A stretch of 49,741 bases of DNA. It comes from an uncultured Pseudomonadales bacterium. GTDB taxonomy: Bacteria; Patescibacteriota; Microgenomatia; UBA1400; MFAQ01. The DNA lies in NCBI GenBank assembly GCA_964648275.1, contig CAZYOB010000005.1:1-49741 (forward strand). The letters run 5' to 3'. The position numbers were made by a program, and so were the translations under genes. Positions 33,344-41,868 of this stretch are shown piece by piece. The stretch's first letter is position 1. Each line of letters begins with the position of its first letter. The notes under the pieces are model-generated. The model was not told the origin of the DNA. It was given only the letters and a program-made list of their open reading frames with translations, and searched no databases.

Positions 33344-33772
33344 TTATTTGTCTGAGATGTTAATACCCATTGATTTGGCGGTGCCCTTGATCATTTCCAT
33401 AGCGGATTCGACGTTGGTGGTGTTCATGTCGGCCATTTTCTTTTCGGCAATGGCTCTGACCTGATCAAGAGTGATGGTGCCAACCTTTAGTTTATGGGGT
33501 TCTGCGGAGCCAAGTTTGAGATTAAGGGCTTGTTTAATAAGGGCGGATACCGGAGGGGTTTTAAGCTCGAACTTGAATGAGCGGTCTTCGAAGATGGTAA
33601 CCAGAGCAGGGATGATCTGGCCGCGCATCTCGGCGGTCTTTGCATTGTATTGAGTAATGAACTCCATGATGTTGACACCGTGCTGACCTAGTGCAGGTCC
33701 AACAGGAGGAGCGGGATTGGCGGAGCCGGCCGGAAGGTTAAGCTTCAGGATGGCTTTGACTTTTTTTGCCAT
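33344..33772 (-). CDS. rplK: 50S ribosomal protein L11
   Basis: [46 protein letters not shown]... Confidence 0.95.
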   Translation of the reverse strand: MAKKVKAILKLNLPAGSANPAPPVGPALGQHGVNIMEFITQYNAKTAEMRGQIIPALVTIFEDRSFKFELKTPPVSALIKQALNLKLGSAEPHKLKVGTITLDQVRAIAEKKMADMNTTNVESAMEMIKGTAKSMGINISDK

Positions 33773-33925
33773 GTTTTATTTTGTTTTTTGTAATGGCTGA
33801 TCGAAAAGTGGAAGTAAACCGGAGATGGTTTGATGTAGAAATGAGTAGATCGTACCGGTTCGCTGTTCCTTTTCGGAAAGCTGCCTCACGTAAAAGCGAG
33901 GTAGGAGTATTTTAACACAGAGAGA

Positions 33926-34240
33926 TCATTCAGTGGTAGTGGGGAGAGTATTGGGGGCACATTCACCTGTGATGTAGACAAACATTCCGGCGAGACCGGC
34001 TTCACATGAGTTGATGTAGGTTATGTTATCCCGGCCACAGACAGGTTCGTAAATCTCGGAACAGACTACCTCCGGACGTTGAAGGACGACAGGGGTGACA
34101 ACGGGGGCGGGTTGATCGGCCCGAGTGCGAATCTCACCCCCCCGGGTCTGGAAGATGACCAAGGCAGCCGCAAGGCCGAGTAAAACGATCAGAATTGGTA
34201 GGGCAAGCCAAAGTGACTCTTCCGCCGAAAAAGCCTTCAT
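33926..34240 (-). CDS. membrane-anchored Kazal-like protease-inhibitor domain protein
   Basis: TM helix LWLALPILIVLLGLAAALVIF, then CSEIYEPVCGRDNITYINSCEAGLAGMFVYITGEC. This fits the Kazal pattern (y.PVCG.D..TY.N.C.a......v..G.C) but has 4 rather than 6 Cys. Confidence 0.55.
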   Translation of the reverse strand: MKAFSAEESLWLALPILIVLLGLAAALVIFQTRGGEIRTRADQPAPVVTPVVLQRPEVVCSEIYEPVCGRDNITYINSCEAGLAGMFVYITGECAPNTLPTTTE

Positions 34241-34285
34241 TTGATTTCAGTATGCCAGAGGTTTAAGTAACAGTCAAGAAACCAT

Positions 34286-34311
34286 GAAAAACCCGCCTTT
34301 TTGAGGCGGGT
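34286..34311 (-). terminator. rho-independent terminator of 34394..35338
   Basis: Stem ACCCGCC / GGCGGGT. T5 follows on the minus strand. Confidence 0.7.
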
Positions 34312-34393
34312 AGTGGTGCCAATCCTGACTTTTGAGATTTAAGAAACACATATTGACCAGAAACTTGACATGTTTTCCAAAAGCAGCATTGAC

Positions 34394-35338
34394 TCAGTGC
34401 GAATATACGTAGACGGCCTGAGGGATCAATCTCTCGCTGTATCTAAGAACTTGTTCGGAACCACTGATACGGCAGGACAGCTGAGTGGATCCACCACCGT
34501 CCAACATCATGATGACTTCGGCACCCAGAGACTTCAGAGTAGATTCCATCTGACGTTGATTGGAAGAGGGAGAGACAAGAACCATCAGGGTAGATTCACC
34601 ATGTGTACCAACAAAAGTACGGCCGACGACACTCTTGGGCTTCTTATTTGCGAGCGCAGTAAGGCCGGTAATGATATCAACGGCGTCTGAGTTCTCGAAA
34701 CGGTTTTTATCCAAAGGTGTAATCCGCGTTCTGTCCGGCCAAACTTCCAACATAAGCTTTTCGCCTTTGTGGAACTTTGTTTCCCAACCGTAGGTAATGA
34801 TCTCGCCGTTAGCTTTGAGAGGGGCCGCCAAACCGGTGGGGTATTTAACCATTTTGAAGAACTGACCGTTAAAGGCGCAGGCAAAATTTTCGTTGCCACC
34901 CTGGCTGAGGTAGTCGCCGAGGGCTTTGCTTTTGAAGGCAGTATCGTTTCCATCCCAGATTCCGGGACCAAGAACGTCTCCGGTCGCATTATGAAGAGCT
35001 CTGATGCCTGCTTGATTAAGATCAATTACCAGGAGATAAGTAGCTTCTTGAGAGTAGATAGTGATACCTGGACTGGTAGCGTAGACCGAAAATCCCTGAG
35101 ATGCCGGGTCGACGTTGGGAAGACTGACCACAGAAGGTATCTCGACCGAAGCAGATGATTCTTCACTGATTGGAAGTATGGCTTGGATGATCTGTGGATC
35201 GAAGACATAGTTGTCTTCGTCCTCTAATTCCAAGGTTGTCACAGAAGAGACGAAGGAGTCGGATGAATTTGACGCCGGTGAGATCCAGGCGATGAACAAC
35301 ACTAAAAGGATTATCAATAAAATGACCAGCTTTTTCAC
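34394..35338 (-). CDS. secreted/anchored phosphodiester glycosidase (NAGPA/DUF2233-like) family protein
   Basis: N-terminal hydrophobic anchor. AFNGQFF...GLAAPLKANGE and the C-terminal MMLDGGGSTQL resemble the family's signature LDGGGS motif. Confidence 0.5.
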   Translation of the reverse strand: MKKLVILLIILLVLFIAWISPASNSSDSFVSSVTTLELEDEDNYVFDPQIIQAILPISEESSASVEIPSVVSLPNVDPASQGFSVYATSPGITIYSQEATYLLVIDLNQAGIRALHNATGDVLGPGIWDGNDTAFKSKALGDYLSQGGNENFACAFNGQFFKMVKYPTGLAAPLKANGEIITYGWETKFHKGEKLMLEVWPDRTRITPLDKNRFENSDAVDIITGLTALANKKPKSVVGRTFVGTHGESTLMVLVSPSSNQRQMESTLKSLGAEVIMMLDGGGSTQLSCRISGSEQVLRYSERLIPQAVYVYSH

Positions 35339-35429
35339 GGCGTCACCTCCTTATTTAATGTGCGAACGTATGAGCGTGATTTTACATCAGAAGAGCTCTA
35401 AGAACAACTTATAGCTTTTTGAGGAGAGA

Positions 35430-36044
35430 TTAGATCTTGGAGATCTGGAGGAAGTCAAGTTCGACGGGTGTCTCGCGGCCGAAGATGGAGACGAGAACCG
35501 TGACTTTTCCCTTGGCTTCATCGATGGCAGATACCGTACCGAGAAGATCGGTGAAGGGACCTTCGATGATGCGGACGGCTTCACCAATGGTGAAGGCGGC
35601 TTGGAACTTGGGAGCGGACTGTTCACCGAAAGCGGCGATGGCTTTGACCTCGTTTTCAGGAAGGGGAGTGGGTTGATCGGCGGTGCCGACAAAGCCGGTG
35701 ACCCCTTGAGTAGTGCGGACAGCCAACCAGGAGTCGTCGGTGACGATCATCTTAACAAGCATGTATCCCGGGAAAAGTTTTTCTTTGACAGTGGTCTTCT
35801 TGCCTTTGGTGATCTTGATCTTTTCTTGGGTAGGGATGAGTACCTCGAAGATCCAAGGAGTGAGCCCCATGGCTTCAACACGAGTCCTGAGGGTAACGGC
35901 GACACGGTTTTCGTGGCCGGACTGGGTGTGAACGACGTACCATTTGGCAGACTCAGGGGCCTCGGCCGTGATGACGATGTGGTTTTGGTCAGACAACTTG
36001 GTGCTGACCGGTTTGATTTCTTTTTCGTCGACTATTTTTTTCAT
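35430..36044 (-). CDS. nusG: transcription termination/antitermination factor NusG
   Basis: NGN domain KWYVVHTQSGHENRVAVTL. KOW domain GEAVRIIEGPFTDLLGTVSAIDEAKGKVTVLVSIFGRETPVEL. Confidence 0.95.
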   Translation of the reverse strand: MKKIVDEKEIKPVSTKLSDQNHIVITAEAPESAKWYVVHTQSGHENRVAVTLRTRVEAMGLTPWIFEVLIPTQEKIKITKGKKTTVKEKLFPGYMLVKMIVTDDSWLAVRTTQGVTGFVGTADQPTPLPENEVKAIAAFGEQSAPKFQAAFTIGEAVRIIEGPFTDLLGTVSAIDEAKGKVTVLVSIFGRETPVELDFLQISKI

Positions 36045-36045
36045 T

Positions 36046-36231
36046 TTATCTATTTAGTACTGACTGCAGGAGACGGGTGAATAATACATCAAGTCCGCCT
36101 GCATAAGCTGCCACGACTGCCGAGACGATGACGACCATAGCGGTCATCCTGACTGTCTCTTGATGACTGGGCCATTTTACTTGCACCAGCTCAAGTTTCA
36201 CGGAACGAATAAACTCGAATAGTCGAGGCAT
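36046..36231 (-). CDS. secE: preprotein translocase subunit SecE
   Basis: 61 aa. VKLELVQVKWPSHQETVRMTAMVVIVSAVVAAYAGGLDVLF. Lies 1 nt upstream of nusG. Confidence 0.85.
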   Translation of the reverse strand: MPRLFEFIRSVKLELVQVKWPSHQETVRMTAMVVIVSAVVAAYAGGLDVLFTRLLQSVLNR

Positions 36232-36251
36232 GGGGATATTTTAGCACAAGG

Positions 36252-36860
36252 GTGCCTCGAATGGTAAAATGCAGATTGAGAATGCCGATAATAGAATACG
36301 GACATGATGACGATGGGGAAAAAACAATGACTTGGGTGGAAAATGGTGGTCAAAGAGAGAGAATAAGCTGCAAACAAGTAGAGGAGATTTTTTCAAAGAG
36401 GCCATGGGTAGATGGAACGATCATCCAGACAATCACAAATAGCGATGAGGATGTGGCAGGTATCGATATGTATGTGCCTGTGGGCGATGAAATGTTGGCG
36501 ATGTTGGGGATTTGGAGCGTTGAAGGGTTGGGAATCCCGATTCAGATCAAGTCATCGTTGAAGGAGGCAAAGAGTTTTTTGAATAAGAAAAAAATGACGA
36601 AAGAAGGAAGGCCAATATTCAGGAATGGCCGTTACACGATCACATTGAACGGAACAGACTCGAAAATGCTGATCCTGACCGACATAGTAGGTCAGATGAT
36701 CGTCTTGGCCAGACAGTCTGGAATGGTGAAGAGTGAGGAGGAGTTTTTGGATATACTGGAAAATATTTTTGAAGATTCGGAGGCAGCGGAGACATGGAGG
36801 GAGCAGAGAGAAGTAGTGCTGGACTCAGCCTGGTACGGTCGGCTATTTGACGGTTCTTGA
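36252..36860 (+). CDS. hypothetical protein (start uncertain)
   Basis: 202-aa ORF from a GTG only 20 nt from the divergent secE start; internal Met codons could be the true start. The weak pattern GIDMYVPV...IPIQIKSS may be PD-(D/E)xK-like. Confidence 0.45.
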   Translation: MPRMVKCRLRMPIIEYGHDDDGEKTMTWVENGGQRERISCKQVEEIFSKRPWVDGTIIQTITNSDEDVAGIDMYVPVGDEMLAMLGIWSVEGLGIPIQIKSSLKEAKSFLNKKKMTKEGRPIFRNGRYTITLNGTDSKMLILTDIVGQMIVLARQSGMVKSEEEFLDILENIFEDSEAAETWREQREVVLDSAWYGRLFDGS

Positions 36861-37075
36861 ATTCCAGAATAGAATGTAATTGGCCCAAGAGATCGGTGCT
36901 AGAGGAGGGAGGTTTTTCCTCTACAAGTCTCGTTAAGGGAGGCGGAGTGCTTAAGGGCATGCCTGCTTTTGAGCCAGCCTACCCACCCTAAAATAATTGG
37001 GGAAAGATCCTTTCTTTTCACCGGTCCGGGCCAAGCCTGTCAAACCGGAAACACTGCCCGGAGTTTCAGGTAAAC

Positions 37076-37103
37076 AAAAAAAGAGCCGCGGTTTAGGCGG
37101 CTC
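37076..37103 (-). terminator. rho-independent terminator of 37127..37333
   Basis: Stem GAGCCGC / GCGGCTC. T7 follows on the minus strand. Confidence 0.7.
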
Positions 37104-37126
37104 AGAAGGGGGACAGCTGTGGGCGA

Positions 37127-37333
37127 TTAGCTTTGGTGAAATTGTTCTTGGCTGCGGATACAAAAGTACATAAACGCTGAAGCGAGAGCATAGCCAAGCA
37201 AAGGCCAGTTGATTCCGGACCCGACCGCGAAGTATTCGAAGGCGGCGATCGAGAGGAAAAGTGCGGTTGCGGCCATGGAGATGATCTTCAAGTAATAAAG
37301 CAACTTAAGACGCTGCTCGAGTGAGAGTTTCAT
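37127..37333 (-). CDS. small membrane protein (2 TM, 68 aa)
   Basis: SD GGAGGA 5 nt before the ATG. Terminator downstream. Confidence 0.6.
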   Translation of the reverse strand: MKLSLEQRLKLLYYLKIISMAATALFLSIAAFEYFAVGSGINWPLLGYALASAFMYFCIRSQEQFHQS

Positions 37334-37425
37334 GATTTCCTCCAGAAAGAACGAATGTTAAGGTTAAGTTAGGCGAATTATACCTTATAGGATTCTTAAG
37401 TCAATTAATTTGGTATGATTTATTC

Positions 37426-38208
37426 ATGGAACATAATCGAGAGGACGGGATCACTTTCCAAGGTTTAGACATTGATGATCTGGATTTTCAGGAAGCGGAG
37501 GAGCCGGAAATTAGTGTGAGTGAAACAGGTCTTGAGAGGATTGCACGGGAGGCAGAAGAAGAGTTCGAGCCGAAGGCAGGGAGATCAGGTGGTAAGAAAC
37601 AGAAAAGGCAAGGTAAGGTGACTCTTGAGCAGAAGATGCATGAGGCAATCGAAGGTTCAAGGGAAAATGCCAGGAAGGCTTTATTGGAACACCCTGAGGT
37701 AAAGGCCGAGCTTAACACCGGGATAGAGGAAACGATTGAGAGGCTGATAAAGTTAGATGATAAGGAAGTCGGACTGCCCAACCTTGATCGATATTCCCGC
37801 TGGATATTGGATATATTGGAGGAAAAAGACCCCGACAGAACTGTCTCGAGCGAGAGCGAAATGATCAATTTCAGACGAGGGTCAGGAGCAGGAGGGCAGA
37901 ACGTAAACAAGGTCCAGACATCGGTGAGAATGCAGCACATGCCCACAGGCATGAAGCTTGAAGAGACCCAGGAGCGAGAACAGTCGAAAAACAGGGCAAG
38001 GGCAGAGGAGAGGATGGAGGGCATGGTGAATGATCACCTGGATAAGTGGCTGGAGATAGTGACAGGCAGTGATGCAGGTTCAGTTAAGGATGACGTTTTA
38101 AGGGTTTTGAGGGGGGTAGTCAGGGACAGATTTGATCCAGGAAGGGTGAGGGATAACAAGGTGCAAGCGTATCAGAGGATCAGGAGGCTATTTGAAGCCA
38201 AAAAATAA
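37426..38208 (+). CDS. GGQ-domain (class-I release factor domain 3-like) protein lacking a recognisable codon-reading domain
   Basis: INFRRGSGAGGQNVNKVQTSVRMQHMPTGMKLEETQEREQSKNRARA matches the RF1/RF2 peptidyl-tRNA hydrolase domain. The N-terminal 150 aa are acidic/coiled with no PxT or SPF motif. Confidence 0.65.
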   Translation: MEHNREDGITFQGLDIDDLDFQEAEEPEISVSETGLERIAREAEEEFEPKAGRSGGKKQKRQGKVTLEQKMHEAIEGSRENARKALLEHPEVKAELNTGIEETIERLIKLDDKEVGLPNLDRYSRWILDILEEKDPDRTVSSESEMINFRRGSGAGGQNVNKVQTSVRMQHMPTGMKLEETQEREQSKNRARAEERMEGMVNDHLDKWLEIVTGSDAGSVKDDVLRVLRGVVRDRFDPGRVRDNKVQAYQRIRRLFEAKK

Positions 38209-38230
38209 CCCTCCCGGTTAGGGGAGGGTT
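38207..38230. terminator. hairpin between convergent genes (better U-tract on the minus strand)
   Basis: Stem ACCCTCCC / GGGAGGGT. On the minus strand it is followed by TATTTTT. Confidence 0.6.
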
Positions 38231-38250
38231 TGGTGCTAAGGTAGCGCAGG

Positions 38251-38514
38251 TTATTTGCCGGCGAGCATTTCGACGGCGGCTTGGAAGTCGGCATGTTCCG
38301 CGATTTCGACGTCCAATTCGGCGACTTTCTCGAGCAGGGCAGCCCGTTCTGCGGCTTTGGCCGCGGCGGCTTTGGCATTGGCAGCTTGGCGCTCGGAAAT
38401 CAGCTTTGCGAATTCGGGGAAAACGTGGCTCAGGGCGGAAAGGCGGGCATTGATAGCCTCTTCAATCTCGGCCGAGGCCAGCCAAATCTTGAACTGCTTC
38501 CAATAGTTTTTCAT
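38251..38514 (-). CDS. small Ala-rich alpha-helical protein (87 aa)
   Basis: SD AAGGAG 7 nt before the ATG. Promoter and palindrome upstream. Confidence 0.55.
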   Translation of the reverse strand: MKNYWKQFKIWLASAEIEEAINARLSALSHVFPEFAKLISERQAANAKAAAAKAAERAALLEKVAELDVEIAEHADFQAAVEMLAGK

Positions 38515-38547
38515 GAGAGTCTCCTTAGAAGGAATGGTAGGGATTTG

Positions 38548-38561
38548 AGTGTGCGCACACT
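38548..38561. promoter_or_regulatory. perfect 14-bp palindrome in the 5' UTR (operator candidate)
   Basis: AGTGTGCGCACACT, 34 nt upstream of the ATG at 38514 and ~20 nt downstream of the -10 element. Confidence 0.4.
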
Positions 38562-38580
38562 GATCTCTCAGTATGTGAGC

Positions 38581-38608
38581 AGTATACCATATTATCCTAT
38601 ATTGTCAA
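38581..38608 (-). promoter_or_regulatory. sigma70-type promoter candidate
   Basis: On the minus strand: TTGACA, a 16-nt spacer, then TATACT. Confidence 0.5.
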
Positions 38609-38660
38609 TAGTCGGATAGTATATTAGGCAAAAATAGCCTCAATCGACCTCATCAAATTG

Positions 38661-39152
38661 TCATGGCAGGTTGCATTGGTTAAAAATGATGACCAGGAGA
38701 GGAATCTTAATTACGGACGAGATCATTCCTAGATCAACGCGCCCGTCAGGAGAGGCACAGGTTTCGATAGCGGCGAAGAGCGACTCTTTTCCCTGGAGGG
38801 AGGTACTCGTTTCGGAGAGATGTGTGACATAAAATGACGGTCTTTCTGTTTTTTGGCGGTCCATTTGTATTGCGAAGACGGCCTTTGGCAGGTGGGCTTG
38901 GAGAAGAAGATTCGTGTCCAAGGTATCACCAAGGTAGGATTCTTCAATGGCAGCCTTAATGCGGGAGATCTCAGGGGTCTTGGCCGTGAGCATGACTGCC
39001 TCTTCATCAGACACTCCTTCAATCAAGACGTTTTGTTTCGGATCGGCGACCCAAACACGGTGAAAGTGGCCCTTGTCGTTGTAAGTAGTCCAGGTGCGAA
39101 TACCTGCGAAGCCACCAGCTTCTTGAGTGTACTCAAAAACCACATTGTACAT
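38661..39152 (-). CDS. hypothetical protein (163 aa)
   Basis: SD AGGAGGG 6 nt before the ATG. No motif recognised. Confidence 0.6.
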   Translation of the reverse strand: MYNVVFEYTQEAGGFAGIRTWTTYNDKGHFHRVWVADPKQNVLIEGVSDEEAVMLTAKTPEISRIKAAIEESYLGDTLDTNLLLQAHLPKAVFAIQMDRQKTERPSFYVTHLSETSTSLQGKESLFAAIETCASPDGRVDLGMISSVIKIPLLVIIFNQCNLP

Positions 39153-39406
39153 AAAGCCCTCCTAAGGGTGAGATAGTTGGGGATACCGTTTGACCGGAAC
39201 CCAGTTGGAAAGGTGCTTTGACAGGGTATTTTACCAAATAAAGGGCAGATCCTTTGAGGATGGCCGGTCGGAACTTGATTTCTCAGATAGTTTTCGAGAT
39301 AGATTCTGCAATCGAAGGCCACATTATATCTTTTTCAGCTTATAGATTTTGATTAGTAGATGGGCTTTTCTGATGTCTTGTCGAAGGTAAGTCTGGTATA
39401 TTAAAA

Positions 39407-39988
39407 ATGAGTATGGACCTGCCCGAGATAAAGCGAAAAGCTATCATTAGATTTTTTGACGAGGATAATGCCGAGGATATAAGACGTCTTAAGATTATTG
39501 TCAGAAGTAAGGGGGTAAGAGGGTGGATGGAGGATCTGAAGGGAATGAGAAAAATGGATTTTGAGGATTGGGCAGCCGAGCGAGGTGAGACGGGGTATTT
39601 TCTTTTTGCCGTGTGTGCGCCAAGCCGGAATGAAGCAGGAATGACGCTACCTCAGGGGTTTATTTACCTATATCCCAGAGAGGGAAAAAGGGGTGTCTTA
39701 GAGGTAAGTTATGCAAAAAAACGTTTTGGTAAAAGGGGTTTAATGGGTTCGGCATTACGTCAGGCGAGTCTGAAAGCTAGGAGGATAAGGAAGAGATTGG
39801 GTTACAAAACAAGTTTGCATATAGTGGCTGAAATTGATCCCGAAAACATACCTTCGGAGAGAGTTATCAGAGGGGCCGGTTTCGAGAATACCGGTGAGCG
39901 TATTGGCAGGAGAGATGTGCGTTACGTCTGGGAGTTGAACTGGAGAAGATTGATGAAAAAGATGAGGGAAAAGGGAGAGTTGGCATAA
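39407..39988 (+). CDS. GNAT-family N-acetyltransferase (RimJ/RimL-like)
   Basis: LEVSYAKKRFGKRGLMGSALRQA...AEIDPENIPSERVIRGAGFENTGE follows the 'N..S.rv.ek.GF' pattern of Acetyltransf_3. Paralogous to the N-terminal half of 41869..43053. Confidence 0.65.
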   Translation: MSMDLPEIKRKAIIRFFDEDNAEDIRRLKIIVRSKGVRGWMEDLKGMRKMDFEDWAAERGETGYFLFAVCAPSRNEAGMTLPQGFIYLYPREGKRGVLEVSYAKKRFGKRGLMGSALRQASLKARRIRKRLGYKTSLHIVAEIDPENIPSERVIRGAGFENTGERIGRRDVRYVWELNWRRLMKKMREKGELA

Positions 39989-40109
39989 GTAAATTACGCT
40001 CATATTGCTTGCAAAATCTGAGGGTATTTTTTGTTCAGAAGCTTTAATATCGCAATCTTAGCCTTGTGGTAGCCGATTTCCTACTTAAGCTGGTAAAATA
40101 TGGGTGTCT

Positions 40110-40180
40110 AGGGGTGTCGTTCAGTGGTAGGACCGCGGTCTCCAAAACCGCAGACGGGAGTTCGATCCTCTCCACCCCTG
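40110..40180 (+). tRNA. tRNA-Trp (anticodon CCA)
   Basis: AGGGGTGTCGTTCAGTGGTAGGACCGCGGTCTCCAAAACCGCAGACGGGAGTTCGATCCTCTCCACCCCTG. Anticodon loop CTCCAAA, discriminator G73. Confidence 0.9.
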
Positions 40181-40190
40181 CTAAACCCAT

Positions 40191-40216
40191 CGCCCCCAAA
40201 AGGGGCGCTTTTTTTA
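40191..40216 (+). terminator. rho-independent terminator after tRNA-Trp
   Basis: Stem CGCCCC / GGGGCG followed by CT7. Confidence 0.65.
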
Positions 40217-40236
40217 TATCTTGTTATACTAAAGTC

Positions 40237-40542
40237 ATGAAAGAGTCATGGTGGATGGGATTGCTTCAGGCGTTGGGATTGGGCTTGTATATTCTGGCCG
40301 TCGCAGGATTCATGCAGAACGCCGAGTCATGGATAGGGAATATTGACCAATTTATCGGCCCCGTATTGTTTTTGACACTTTTTGCTTTTTCGGCTCTGGT
40401 GTGCGGATTGATTACTTTCTATTATCCGGTGAAGCTTTTTATGGACAAGAAGCCTAAAAAGGCTGTTCAGGTGGTATTTTACACAGCCGTTTTCCTGTTT
40501 TTATTCCTGGTGGGGGTACTGGTCTTTGCCACAGGAGGATGA
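40237..40542 (+). CDS. small membrane protein (3 TM, 101 aa)
   Basis: I chose the ATG at 40237 because the track ORF (from 40066) reads through tRNA-Trp and its terminator. Confidence 0.55.
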   Translation: MKESWWMGLLQALGLGLYILAVAGFMQNAESWIGNIDQFIGPVLFLTLFAFSALVCGLITFYYPVKLFMDKKPKKAVQVVFYTAVFLFLFLVGVLVFATGG

Positions 40543-40706
40543 GGTTTTTTACAATACTTTCTTTTTTACATTAGATAATGGGCAGAGTTTTCCTCTTCGC
40601 TGATTTTTGTGGTTGAGCAAGGGTCATTATTTAGTAATCAATGTAACAATGCAGGTTTGAGAAATACTGGCTTGCCAGCGAAGCTAATTTAAGATAAGCT
40701 GAAAGA

Positions 40707-41852
40707 ATGGGAATCAAGGAATTGTTGGGTCTAAACAAAAAGGTTACTGAAAAAGCGGAAGAAAAGAAGGATCAGGCTGCCGAGATAAAAGCTGAGGAGA
40801 AACAAGAGTCCATTACGCCTAAGGTAGTTAAAAAAGCCAAACTGAGGATCGATAGACAGGCACTTAAGAAGTTGGGTTTGGTCGTTGTAGCTTATTCGCA
40901 CGTAGAGAGAGAGTGGTTCCCGACCGAGGAATCATATTATGCCGAGGTGGAGGTTGAGGACAGAGCCAAAGAGGTGGCAGAGCGAGTCAAGGGATTGGGT
41001 GTGAACGTGAAGACCTTGCCCGGAGACCCGTACTTTCTTACCAACCTGTTGGTAGACAAGCCGGACCTGGTGCTTAATTTAGTGGATACACTCAAAGGTA
41101 AGGATAAACTTCAGACTTCGGTGCCCGCGGCTTTGGAGTTGTCCAATATTCCCTACACCGGAGCAGGTATGGAAGGATTGGTCATCGGAAACAACAGAAA
41201 TTTAACGAAGAGGTTGCTTTTGGCTTATGGGATCCCGACCCCGGCCTTCCAGTTCATCCGCAGGGCAAAGACAGCCGTGCAGGAGGACTTGGGACTGCCT
41301 TTAATCGTCAAACTAAATGAAAGTGGTGGAAGTGTAGGAATTGATGATCATGCAGTCAAAGAGACTGTCAAGGATGCCCAAAAGAAGGTAAACAAGATGG
41401 TGAGTACCTACAAGATCCCGGTGATCGTAGAACAGTTCATTGACGGTCCCGAGGTAACGGTGGTAGTGTTCGATGACGGTTCAAAGAAGCACGTATACAT
41501 GGGGCAGAAGATCTTCAGAAAGAAACCGGACGGCAAGCACTATTTCACCAGTTTCGAGTCATATGATGACATCCGTGCATACACTTACAAGCATGTAGAG
41601 GAGCCTCTGGCCAGCAAGATCTCACAATTGGCTATCCGGGCTTTCCGCGGACTTCACCACAAAGACTGGGCTAAGTTCGACGTTAGAGTGCAAGATGACA
41701 CCGGTATCCCGTATTTCACGGATTCCAATCCCAACACCGCCTTCGGTCCCGATGCCGGACTGCCTATGACCGAGGTATTAGCTTTACACGGGATAAGCTT
41801 TGACGAAGTACTGGCAAGTTTGCTATCCAACTACGCCCGGGGACAGAAGTAG
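40707..41852 (+). CDS. D-alanine--D-alanine ligase family ATP-grasp enzyme (divergent, Lys/Glu-rich N-terminal extension)
   Basis: IPYTGAGMEGLVIGNNRNLTKRLLLAYGIPTPAF, PLIVKLNESGGSVGID and IVEQFIDGPEVTVVVF match the ATP-grasp/Ddl C-terminal domain. I did not see the canonical N-terminal HG..GEDG motif. Confidence 0.7.
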   Translation: MGIKELLGLNKKVTEKAEEKKDQAAEIKAEEKQESITPKVVKKAKLRIDRQALKKLGLVVVAYSHVEREWFPTEESYYAEVEVEDRAKEVAERVKGLGVNVKTLPGDPYFLTNLLVDKPDLVLNLVDTLKGKDKLQTSVPAALELSNIPYTGAGMEGLVIGNNRNLTKRLLLAYGIPTPAFQFIRRAKTAVQEDLGLPLIVKLNESGGSVGIDDHAVKETVKDAQKKVNKMVSTYKIPVIVEQFIDGPEVTVVVFDDGSKKHVYMGQKIFRKKPDGKHYFTSFESYDDIRAYTYKHVEEPLASKISQLAIRAFRGLHHKDWAKFDVRVQDDTGIPYFTDSNPNTAFGPDAGLPMTEVLALHGISFDEVLASLLSNYARGQK

Positions 41853-41868
41853 GTAGTAAAATACCTCT

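Noticed and set aside
36861-37126. SRP (4.5S) RNA.
   Set aside because: The CCGGAA-containing hairpin does not reproduce the conserved GGUCCGGAAGGAAGCAGCC domain IV or its symmetric loop pairing on either strand.
40066-40236. N-terminal 57 codons of track ORF 40066..40542.
   Set aside because: This stretch reads straight through tRNA-Trp (40110..40180) and its terminator. The hydrophobic protein starts plausibly at the ATG at 40237.
40707-41852. Calling this gene the canonical ddl.
   Set aside because: The ATP-grasp C-terminal motifs fit, but I did not find the N-terminal HG..GEDG-type signature, and a Lys/Glu-rich extension is present. I report it at family level only, without a gene symbol.
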